DNA of 64,000 bases, from assembly GCA_038087875.1 (NCBI GenBank), contig CM075991.1, positions 12,154,001-12,218,000 of the forward strand, read 5' to 3'. Numbering within the stretch: the first letter of the stretch is position 1; every line of letters begins with the position of its first letter. Source of the stretch: Malacoraja senta. Its lineage: Eukaryota. The notes under the pieces were generated by a model. The model was not told the DNA's origin. It did not search any database and was given only the letters and a program-made list of their open reading frames with translations. A program made the translations under genes and the position numbers. Positions 13,801 to 25,800 of the stretch are shown here, piece by piece.

Positions 13801-16800
13801 CTGAAATCTACGAAAACTCGCTCTACTCCCGTTTAAGTTTAATGTTGCTACTGTGAATGTGCAGGCACACTAGATTGAAACCCTCACACTCCCCGCAGAC
13901 TCAACAACTCTCTGTCTGAGGAACACCAAAAAGTCCCCAAACTGGCTCTTCTCAGTCAGGAAGATCACTACCCTTGTTGCCAAGAATAGCCTCGGGAGTC
14001 TTAATCAAAACTGGCAGATCAGCCCACCGTCTTTTAGCAGCTTCCATTCTTGATCTGCTGGTATGGCTTGTTTTTAGGAATTTTTGAACCTCACGGATAT
14101 CACTTGCATGAAACTCGACCTTGGAGCCAGGGCACTCAGCCAACTCACTCGCACCTGCATCAACAATCTCACCACCACAATGGTCAAGGTCGTTGTCAGC
14201 AATCGAAAGACCAGAACTCTGAAAGTTCGTTAACTCCACTACTCAAAACGGCCTTATCACTCTCCCCCTCCTCCAGCACGACACCACCCCCAGGATCAAT
14301 GCTGGGGAAGGGTCCCGAAACCCCTGACTGCAACAGGCAGCCCACTGGATGGCTGGGCACCTGCACTCTACCATCACCCTCTACGTCTGGGCCTGGGGAA
14401 GAAAAAACACTAGGCACCCCCAGGGCCTGTGATACACTGGCACCCCCCGGAATCTAAAAGGAGATCACCACCCGAACTAGCCCCGACCTCCACAGCACCT
14501 ATAGCATCCCCTCCACTGGCAACACCCAGAGGCTCTCCACTTTCTTTTAAACTCCCCCCTCCCAACTCAGCCGGCGAGGCAGCACACCCCCCATTACCTC
14601 CACTGGCTCTGATGCAGAGCAGAGACTGGAACACGAAAGCCCCCGACCCACCCCCCTCGGGCTGACTCTGCTCATCCCCCGTCTCAGGGGGCACACTACT
14701 AAGGGCGCCTACCCCATCATCTGACGTGCCAACACCCTCAATAGGCCTCTGAAACGAGGGGACCTCCTCCGACCCAGAGGACACACACCCAGGAGAGCTA
14801 ACCTCACCACCCGATGAGATGAAGGGACATCCACCCGCCCATAGGACACAACTCCAGAGGAATCAAACCCATCACCCGGTTTTGTAATCCCCTCGGGAGA
14901 ACCCTGAAATGGAGGCTCAACCTCCAACCCGGAAGACACCAGTTCTCGACCACCAACCACATCAGTGGTAGAAGGTCTGGAAAAAGTCAACCCCCTAACT
15001 TTGGACTCACGCCCGTGCTCTTCCTCGCTAGGCCCAAACCTCCTTTTTATCCCACTAGCATGCGGCGGTACGGTGACCTCCATAAAGGAAGAGTCTTCCT
15101 CCTCCCCACTACCCCCAGCCACTTTACCACCCGCATGATTTACCATCCCTACCCCCACCTGAACCACCTCAGCTCCTTGCTGGGCCACGGCAAGTGCACT
15201 CTGGAGCTGACAGGCGCCCCTTGAGTGGTCTCAGATTGCGTTGGACTCACTTGAATGGGCTTTCTCCTCCCCTTCCTCCTCTGCAGCTCCCAATTCCCCT
15301 CCCCCTCATCATCCTCCTCCTGCGCCTCACCATCAGCCACCACCCCCTCCACAGGTTCAGGACGTAGGGGGCGGGGGCCATCTCTGCCCCGGGTCCCCAA
15401 GGCGGAACTTGCAGCCCCAGATGGGCTATCACTGCCGCCCTGGATCACCGAGGCCGAACTAGCAGCCCTAGCCAGGTCAGCAGTACCACCCCGTGCCACC
15501 GAGGCATGACGAGCCACCCCGGATGGGCCAGCATTGCATTCCTGGGCCGCTGCACTAGAACTTCTAGCAGCGACCCCGTGAAGAAGACACTCCCTATGGA
15601 GATGTCCAAATTCCCCGCACACATGACACCTTGCCTTTCCCCAACTCCAATACACAGTTCTACGGAGACCCTTCAACTCCACCTCGAAGCTCCCCTCAGC
15701 GCCTTCGCCCTCACCCACCTTCATGAACACCCTCCTCTTAAAACTGAAGATCCCTCTTTCCTCCGGGTCCCCCCTGGGATGCATGAGCCTAAAGCACTTA
15801 GACCGCACCTCCCCAAACTTAGACAGGTGTGGAATAAGTGCTGCATCCGAAATATATGTGGGGCAACTCCGTAGGAGAACCGGTCTCACCCTAGATACCC
15901 ACGGATCCACCTGTATGTGGACCCCCCCCCACTGAGATCCCCCTCTCCAACGCTATGGCCACATCCTCCCGGGTCTTTAGTATCATCTCCACCTTTCCCC
16001 TTTCGAGCTCGGAGACAACAGCCCGCCCCCCAAGAAGGTCATTCATGGCCTTGGTAATTGCTCCCCTGGACATCTGGGGCCCAGTTTGGACCGAGATACC
16101 AAACCGGTTCCAATCCGTCAACATGAGGCTCATACTCATTTGGCCTCGCATCCGTCGGTGATGCCACCCCTGCGTAGCTCCGGTTCTTCAGCCGCGCCCC
16201 AGCCATCGCCATCCTGACAGAGGCACCAACCAGCTCCTGGCACCCCAGCAGCTCAGCTCCTAGTTAAATCCCAGAGACAGTCACAGTCACAGACAAGTAG
16301 CAGAAATCAGAAGCCTCCAGCTGAAGCAGGAACGTCCCCAAGTACGTCCACAGCCGAGAGCAGCTCTTGGGAAGCTCTATCCCCGTCTTGCCGGAAGCAA
16401 GTACCATCTTCACATTAAGCCAGGCAGCCGCCTGTGCAAAATGACTTTAGGGCAGAGAAACGGTGTTAAAAAAACAACGACAAAAACACGTCAATCTTCG
16501 TACCCTCGATCTCCAGGCACTCTTGGCAATCCGCCAACGACAACCGCACCCTCGACAATGGAAAGAAAACTCAGGAACTTTCACACTCATGGAGAATTCC
16601 CAGAGCAGAGAAAAGTCTCAACGGTCCAACAATAAGTTAAACTATGAAGCCCCTCTGCCTCTGTTCCTTCTCCAGCAACAAAATCCTTGAAAGGCTGCGA
16701 CAAACCCTCTCAACTGCAGAGCTGAAAAAGCACAACCTCTCTCTCTCTCTCTTCCCATTAACCTATCAACCAAACAGCGTCACCAAACAGTTTATTACCA

Positions 16801-19800
16801 TAGCAAAGTAGACACAAAATGCTGTAGAAACTCAGGAGGGGAGGCAGCATCTGTGGAGAGAAGGAATTGCCGAAGTTTCGGATCGAGACCCTTCTTCAGA
16901 CTGATCTCAGAGGAGGGGGTAGGACAAAAAAAGAATGGGGGCAGAGACAGTGGGACTAGTGGGAGAACTGGGAAGGGGGGGGGGAGAATGAAGAGAGAGA
17001 GCGAGGGTTACCTGAAGTTAGAAGTCAATGTTCATACCGCTGGGGTGCAAACTACCCAAGTGAAATATTTACCCATAGCAAACCTGGCCTCATCCTATCC
17101 AAGATATTCCCAAAGATTTGCACTTCCCATCCCTCCCAACACTTTCAGTACTTAAGAGCTTATTTAAGAGTTACGTCGAAGGGTCTTCAACCCATAATAT
17201 TTTCTTTCTACAAATGCTTAGAGACAGAATCAGAGAGTGGAAATATGAACAAAGTGTCACTATTTATGGGACAGTAATTGTTACATATTATATATATTAA
17301 AAATATTTGATATGCTCAAAATGATTGCTACAATTCTGATATTAGGGCAGTGACAATAGAAAAGCACTGCATCAGTTTGTCAAGATGGGAATGATGCAAG
17401 AACCTGCCAAGTTCCTAACTTCTTTATCAAAACCTATCGCACAGACCCGTCAGTGTGTCAGTATCAGGTAGAGAACAAATCGCTCTTTGGGTAAAACAAT
17501 GTGGTTGTACTCACCGGTGCTTCATCACCTGCTCCCAGGATAATGATGCTGACTTTCAGGTAACCCTTGGCCATGGAGTGTGCATCATCAACTTCGTAGA
17601 GCAGAAGCCATTTCCGCAACACCGCATGATCTGTCACAGAAACGTCTCACACTTACATAGAACATAAACTACAGAAATGACATGTGAACCACTTATGTTG
17701 CCTCCAATCTACTTCCTTCCCATTCTCCCTGGTGTGGCTTCCCCCTTCCCATTCTCCCTTGTGTAGCTATTAGTCTTCCTTTAAAGTACACCTACTTCAA
17801 TTTCTCGATGTGGTAGCAAACTCCATATTCTAACCACATTCTGGATACAGATGTTTTGCCTGAATCTCCACTGATCTTATGATTATAACCCAAATTTTTA
17901 GCCACCCAAAGTCTAATTACTGTTTGCTCAAAGAACAATGAGGAAACTCATGGCCTGAAGTGCAGTGAAGGCAGAAACATTTTCACATTTACAAAGTGTT
18001 TTGTTTAGTTTCATTTATTATTGTCACGTATACTGAGGTACAGTGAAAAGATTTTTGCTGCGTGCTATCTAGTCAGCAAAAAGGCTAGACAGGATTACAA
18101 TCAAGCCATCCAGTGTACAGATTTGTGATAAAGGGTATAATGTTTAGTGTTTTCACACTGTACTTTTTGTCTGAAGGGGTGGGGGGGGGGGGGAGAAGAG
18201 GGAGTGACCAGGGCGAGACTCGTCCTTGATTATGCTGGTGACCTTACCGACGCAACATGAATTGTAGATGGAGTCAGTGGAAGGGAGGTTGGGTTGTACA
18301 ATGGTCTGGGCTACGTCCACAACTCTCTGCAATTTCTTGCGGTCTTGGATGGAGCTGTTCCCAAACCATGCTCAAAAAGTACCTAAACATATGTAAGCTT
18401 CAAAGCCATGGACCAAGCAACAGTAAAGAGAGCTAGAGGCATGTATGTATATAAAATTAAAATCCAACCCCAACCGTTCTAATCCAACACAATACTAAGG
18501 GCTTATAAATCTCTTGCTATCTGATACACGTTGATGGGAGATATGGAGCATAGGTCAGGTAGCCTGACTCTATCTAGAGTCGTGATCCTCAATGCAGGGC
18601 TGAAAACTTGTTTTTGTTGTTGGTAGCTACCCTGACATGTCGTCAGGCTCCTCTGGGAGTTATCTAAATACTTATCTTTTTGGACAACATAATACGATGA
18701 ACTGCATGGTCTCCCCCATGAAACAAATTGCTGCAGTCTTTGAGTTCTGATAACATTTCATGTGATTCATAATTTTAAGGATCTTTACTGGATGATGCAA
18801 TAAGTCTGTTCCTAACATCTGCCCGCCCTGGTTCCAAATCCCATATTTCTGCATTTAAAAACTTATCAATATTAATTCTGAAATTTTTTATTAACCCATT
18901 TAAAGATTGTGAGAAAAATTCCAGCTTTCCACTCCCTTTTGCATGAAGAATTGCTTCCTGATGCCTCCCATCAAGATGGTAGTTTTATTTTTGTTACGAC
19001 TCCTTGTTCAGAACCCCCTGAGGAAATAGTTTATCTATCCATCCTATCAAATCCTCTAATCACAGAACAATATCAGTTAGGTCACCATTTAACCTTACTT
19101 GACTCAAGAGACTATATGCCAAACTATTCAAACTCAAATGTAACAATTTTAGCTCCCAAGTAGGTTCTTTCTGACACTTTTCAAAACTGAAGGGTTAATA
19201 CTGGTACAGAAGGACATTTAATTCCCTACCTGGAAATTCATAAACAGCGCCAATATCCATCTGTAAAAGAAAGGATTAAAAAGGTAAAAAAATGTTTCAG
19301 ATCGTCAATGGCTGCACTAGCTGTGACATTGTCGAGGAACAGGAGCTAACACCATTTGGTCTCTGGTTAGTGCCCCGTTTATAGCAAGATGCAAGACTTT
19401 ATTATTTATACTTATCTTTGCCTCATATACTTTAATACCTTTGGATTAATAAAAATCTATCAACTGAAACAAGCAGCCAACATCATTACATGGTATTTAC
19501 ACATTAGATTTCAAATCCATAAACGCACTTGGATTGAATATTTAATTTGACTAGATTTTAAATTGTTCCCAAAATGCAAGACAACAATCGATGTATAAAC
19601 TCACTTTGAAAATACCAATCATGGAATCAGATCGAAGCGAATGTGAATTTAACACCTTTAAAAATAAGGAAGGGTTCATGAGTTTAAATAATAACCATTC
19701 TCTACAATAGTTCCTAATATTTAACACTGCATCTGATATGCAAAAGAAGTTACAAAACACACAGAGAAGGTTACATGTTAAAAAAATGTTAGGATACACT

Positions 19801-22800
19801 TCTTGTTCTCCCTTTTGGAATGAATACCAAATATGCTGGAGGGTGGTCATAATTAAAGCTCTACCTCTTTTTCCTATACTCCTAAAGTGAAATAAATAAT
19901 TTATGTCCATCTGCCTTTTTAGATTTAATATCTTGGATTAAACCACTGGAGGTAATGACTCATCTCTATACTCTTTGTTTACATGCCAATCCAAACAGCA
20001 AGATCACTGGCTATGTAACCTTGGATTTAATCACAGCTGAGCAATATTCACATGCAACAGGATAGATCTCTGTGTGCTTGCTTAACAGGTAGCTAAATAA
20101 AAACCAGGGAGAAATGTTAAAAAGGCTAAATATCGACCATTTATAATTATAGAATAGAGTAGGGAAGTCCAAGACCAGAGGATGTAGGTTTAAGGTGAGA
20201 GGGAAAAGATTTAAAAGGGACATACGGGGGCAAGTTTTACATACTAAGAGTAGAGGGTATATGAAAAGAGCTGCCAAAGGTGGTAGAAGCACGTACAATT
20301 ACAAATTTTAGAAAACATTTGGACAGTACATGAAAGGTTAGTTCTCTGAAATTGCTGTTTTGGTCAACATTAGCCACAGGAGTGAATATCACATGAATAT
20401 TATCAGCTGTGATTTGGGAACAGTTTATATCTGTTGTTAGTTTTGGATCAACCTACCTGAATGTGTATCGAAGTATTGAAGACCTCTAATGGTGTTTTAT
20501 GAAAATTCTGAAAGAAAATCTGTAAAACAGAACTGTAGTATTGACTAGGTACTGTTCTGATGATTAAAGAAACCAAAATGTTGTACTTTACACAAGGTTA
20601 ATTTGAAAAGGCCCAGAGGAATGAATATCTATGGTTTGCTGTTTTTTCCAAGATCTCTCCACCCTCGCCCCCTCCCCTCCCCCACCATGTTGAAAAATCT
20701 TCACGAGTCTTCCCGTGCTTACCTGCCGTTAGCGAGTCTTCCTGAGTACCTGGCGTTAGCGGTAGGAGCCGCTAAGAGACGTCCCCGACCTCCGAAGTAC
20801 CCGCTACGTTCATTCTCCGTGCTTACCAGGATTGATTTTTTTTAAACTCGGGAGAGCTCTTGGAATGAACTCGTACCGTGGGACAGGGCTATTAGACCAT
20901 GAATTAGTCCATGATTAATCTTTATATCATCTTGGTTTACAAAGGCATTGATCCCTACAAATGGTTCCAGTTATTTGACCTGCAGATGACAACCACCTGA
21001 TAGGTGATAATCTTATAATTCTCTCCCTGCAGCATGAAGTTATTTTCTTTACCTCATCAAAGACTGGATTGTTCCCACGTTTGATCCTTGTTCGGAAAGA
21101 CGAGTCTCCTACATACACCTTCACAACAGGTCTGATATTGACACCTTGGAGATGACGGCCTTCAATAATCCGGATTCGAATCTATTCATGAAGATTTCAT
21201 ATTATAGAAGAATATAAAACTGAAGATGGAAATTTCACCCATCATGCTCATGCCGACTCTGTGAAAGCAATTCTAACTTTGCCATAGATCACAGCTTCTA
21301 ATGTAACCCTCATCCACAAGTACCTGCCAAATTCTTTCTGCTATTATTTAGGACTCATCAGACTGATCAGTTTGAAGAAGGGTTTCGACCCGAAACGTCA
21401 CCCATTCCTTACCGCCAGAGATACTGCTTGTCCCGCTGAGTTACTCCAGCATTTTGTGTCTACCTTCTTTATCATTGCACCCGTTTCAAGCCTCAAGTGC
21501 TGTAAAATATATTAGTCTCCCCTTCATCAGGACAACCCAGAAGGAATGAATTTTCCTCATGACCCATAGATGGATACCCAGGAATAGAGAGAGGGTTATG
21601 CTGTTGTAGTTCAATGAGAAAGGGATGCAGCATAAACATTGGGGTGCATTTATTCATTCAAATGTGATATCACTCTCATTGTAAAATGTACAGTATTCTA
21701 TAGTTAATAGTTGAGAGTTGATGCATAACATACAGTTGTGAATCACCTGAGTAAATCAGTTCAGAAGAAAACCGTATGAACAGGTCCATATTAGGAAAGG
21801 CCAAATATCCCCAACACGGACATTTCCAATGTCGAGTCATGAATTAAAAGGATAGTCATATTAATATCTTCTACGGTCTAACCAAGCATGCATGAGGTGC
21901 TTGTGAAGAAACCTGCTCAATTTGCTGGCATAACGTCTCCTTTACCTGGAAGTCCTGTGGTTTGCTTGAGATGTTCTTCGTGAATTTTGAGGTTCCCCTT
22001 CCTGTATCTTGTTCTGGAGGCAACGGTGGGGGTCTTGCTGCAGGGTCTGGAATTCCGCTGATGTTTGTTACAGATGGCGGCTGTTGGGGTTTACCTAAGA
22101 AGGAACACAGTGGTCAGTCACGCGAGCACACATATACAAGCATACATATTCTGCATTGGAGAACAGGCAGGAGAGTGAAGCCATGATCTAACTGAATGGT
22201 GGAACTAACTCAAGAGAACAAAAGGCTTCCTCCTGCTCTCACTTCACATGCATACAGCAAAAAACACAAAAAACAACTTTAATTTTGGGCTGGATTTGAA
22301 ACTTTATCTGCTATCTTTCTTTACCATCAAAGCTTTACCTTCCTTGGGAATTTCTTAGTTAACATGTTTGCATATACTGAGGAGGTCTATTAACTCATTT
22401 ATCCAATTAACCTCCTACTTTGCAGCTGAGATGGTTCTGAAACTAAACCATTTACTATGGGCAGCATTAACATGCCTCGTATGATTTAGTAATTTGCATT
22501 TCAGTATATTCTTTCAAGTTCTCAAAGTAATTTGTGATTATAGTCACTATTTTCAACTCACAATTTATAAACAAATGTCATAAAGTCTCTTCACTTACCA
22601 TCTTCCTTATGTTTTTTGTTAGTGGGCGCATCATAGATTATGTCAAAACTTATTGTGTTCTAGTAATGAAAGGGAGATGAAAATCAGTTCTATTTATAGC
22701 AGTTGTGTTTCGATTTAGTTCCTCCGTCCCAGCAATCTCTTGCAGGGATTAGGACCATGAGCAACCTCCACAGGATTGAGCTTCAGAACTCAATAGCTTA

Positions 22801-25800
22801 TCGATGCGCATCCATGTTGGGCCTCACGTGACCTTTCTTCCGACTCCCTGCACCTTGTACAAGGTATATCAGAAATACGATGGAATACCCTCCACCTACC
22901 CAGGTGAGCCTCACTCCATCAACATCCACAAAACCTAAACAGCAGGCAAGTCAGAGCAACCATATTGATTTATATCAGTACATTAGCTTGGCAGTGGTGC
23001 CGTTAGTAGAGCTGCTGCATCACAACTCTACCAACATTCAACCTTGATCTCAGGTGCTGTCCAAGTGGAGTTTGCACGTTCACTCTGTGACTTTAGCAAG
23101 GCCTTTGACAAGGTCCACATGGTAGTCTAGTCAGAAGGTTAGATCACATGGTAAGCTAGCCAAATGGATGATTCGGTACGACTTTGGATACTAGCAGCAA
23201 TAATTTCTTAGGTACAAAAAAAGTTGTCAAAAAGAGCCCAATCAGCTCTGCATCGTTGCAAAAGGGTTACCTTCGTTTTTTGTTTGTTTTTATCCAGCAG
23301 AGGAATTTGATTGAAGGATAAAATTTTGTTTTTTTCCCCAATCAGACCTCCAAGTCGGACAACAGTGGACCCAACAAGCCTAAGGGAAAACAAGCAAAAT
23401 AAATTCCAGTCACAATTACTGTTGAACACATCATTCCTGCCACAAAAGGTAAAACCAACATATTTCAAAGAATGTTGCTGACAATGTCATAGTATGAAAG
23501 AGCAAATGAGACAAAACATTTAACCCAAGAGAACTTTACTTGTTCTGTGCAAGAACTAATTAACTGATTTCCCCTGCTATTTTACCCTCAGCGCTACTAA
23601 TATTTATCCAATGTCCTTGTAAATTTCAGATCATAGCAACCCGCAGGATCCAAAGATTTAACCTTTTTTTTTTAATAACTCATGCCTTCTGATTAGCAAA
23701 TCTTTTGCCTGTAGAACCCGTTTCCATTTAATCCAAACCCTATTGTATTGAAGCAAGTATCATACAAAACTTTGAAAGATTAGCCAATTGCTTGTACTTA
23801 CTTCAGCACCAAGTTCTGGGCCAATCTGCAAAGCATTGCACTGTCAGACATGCTGCTATTTGGATCAGGCATAATTTCCCAATTCATATATAAAACATTA
23901 CTTAAGGCATAGCTGGAGTAACACGTTATCTCCTGTAACACATCTGGTCAACACATTATCTGAGCAGAAGATATTCTTAAGGTAAAACAAAATACAAAGT
24001 GCTGGAGTAACTCAGCGGGTCAGGGAGTATCCCTGGAGAACATAGATAGATGATGTTTTGGGTTGGGACCCTTTCTACATATTCAACTGGTGTTGCCTGG
24101 GTTCAGGCTATAAGGAGAGACTGGATACGCTGAGTTTGTTTCCCCATGAGCGGAGAAAGCTGTGAGGCCCGGCAGACAAAATTATGTTGGGCTAATATCT
24201 CAGCAATCTTTTCTCCTTACCAAAGATGTCTATAACTGAAGACATAATTTTAAAGTAAGGAGCAGGAGATTTAAAGGGTTTTGACAAAGAACGCTTTAAA
24301 GCAAAGTGTGAATGAAATCTAGAACACACTGCCCGAAGGAGTTGGTTAAGTAGGCAGGTACTCTCACAATATTTAAGAAATATTTAGATCAGTACCTGCA
24401 GTCTCATGGCACAGAGGACTACGGGCAGAATGCTGGAACATGGGACTTGATAGCCAGCACTGACATGGCTGCTTGAAAAGTCTACGTCTGTGATGCATGA
24501 CTCTCTCTTTGTGACGCTTATCAAGGGAACACTAAATATCCTATATTGATATTCAAAGCAACAACAGACCACTATTCAGCTGAACACACTTGCTGATTAA
24601 AATGTCCAGTGCATTCATCTAAACAGCAAGTGTGACAATATACTGGTGACGCACTTGATGGTCCAGATATGTTTCTAGGAGTGAGAATGCTAATGGAATC
24701 ATCACTGAGAATATCTTGTGACGTTTTATGGAGAGAGAGAGAGAGTGAGAATGATGGGTCACTGAGTTAGCGGCTATGCAAGAAATCCTGCAGAGAATGG
24801 AGGAAGATGCATCCCTGTGCAGGCAGAAGAAACTAATTTAAGTTGGCATCATGTTCAGCATAGACATTGTGGGCCAGGTGGCTTATTCCTGTGCTGTACT
24901 GTTCTATATCATGTCATTTTTCCAATCAAATTGCCTCTTGACTTTATTGAACAACCCTGTTGATCCATTTGGAGACTATTTACCTTTGTATTTCCTGTTC
25001 TGGTTACTCAGCAGCTCTAGCACCTGCTGTGTTCTTGTGACCACATTGTCTATTTACAAGGCTTGTACGTTTACAGGGTACCCAGTCATTGTTTACAGAT
25101 CCCACATGCTAAGGTCACCAGCTTATATTATAGAACACTGGCCGAGGAGTTAGATAATATCTCCATATAGCGCAGAACAATGTTACCTGCTCTTTCCACT
25201 TTTGCCATTTTCTTTCAGGTGAATCTGCAGAGAGGATTTTGCATCTAAAGGATTTCCTTTCAACTTAAAGTCTAGTTTCTGATAACAAGAAGGAAAATAT
25301 ATATATATAATTTTTAATGTTAACAACAAATGGCTTTCAAATGTGGTTGCCTTCCTCCATCTCACCCAAGACTGCCCACACATCCCCAAGTCATCTACAC
25401 CCAAGTCCTCCCCTCATGTCAGCTTATGCTGCCACTGCATTTCGTCTTATGCTCTTATCCTTGTTCGCCTTGTGCTCTCTACCTATCCCACCCAATACTG
25501 CAACATTTTCCTCCCCGTTACCATCAAGTGCATTTCTCACCCTTGCTCCCCCCAGTGTCGCTGCATTCTCCCTCCTTTTCTCAACATATATTTTACATCA
25601 CAACTGCTCATCCAAACTCCGACCCACCTCTCCCACCCAGTTGCAATGTACACCAAATTCCTCTCCTGCTCAGTTGAATTAAACTTCACACTATTGCCTG
25701 AACACAATTCTCTCGTTGACCACATGTTGGCAGATGTCACCCTGTGCCATTATCATTCTATGCATCCACCATCTTACCAGATTAAACCCGTCCCTCTCTG

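Larger units (their letters stand above)
10040..16736 (-). mobile_element. Near full-length Tx1-clade non-LTR retrotransposon in ferlin intron 11, inactivated by frameshifts
   Basis: 5'UTR; ORF1 (~16213-13870) with an RRM-like region and CCHC knuckle CHVCGEFGHLHREC; ORF2 (13869-10162) with APE endonuclease (LNLNG, LQETH, GGDFN, SRIDR, SDH), RT (LDQEKAFDRV, GVRQGCP, YADD) and C-terminal CIFCGEEETVFHVYMEC; AATAAA at 10090-10095 and an A-rich tail. The 5' boundary is approximate. Confidence 0.92.

Noticed and set aside
23802..23890. Possible extra ferlin exon ending at a gtaagt donor (23801)
   Set aside because: No ferlin similarity; exons 3 and 4 already join in frame at the expected sizes.
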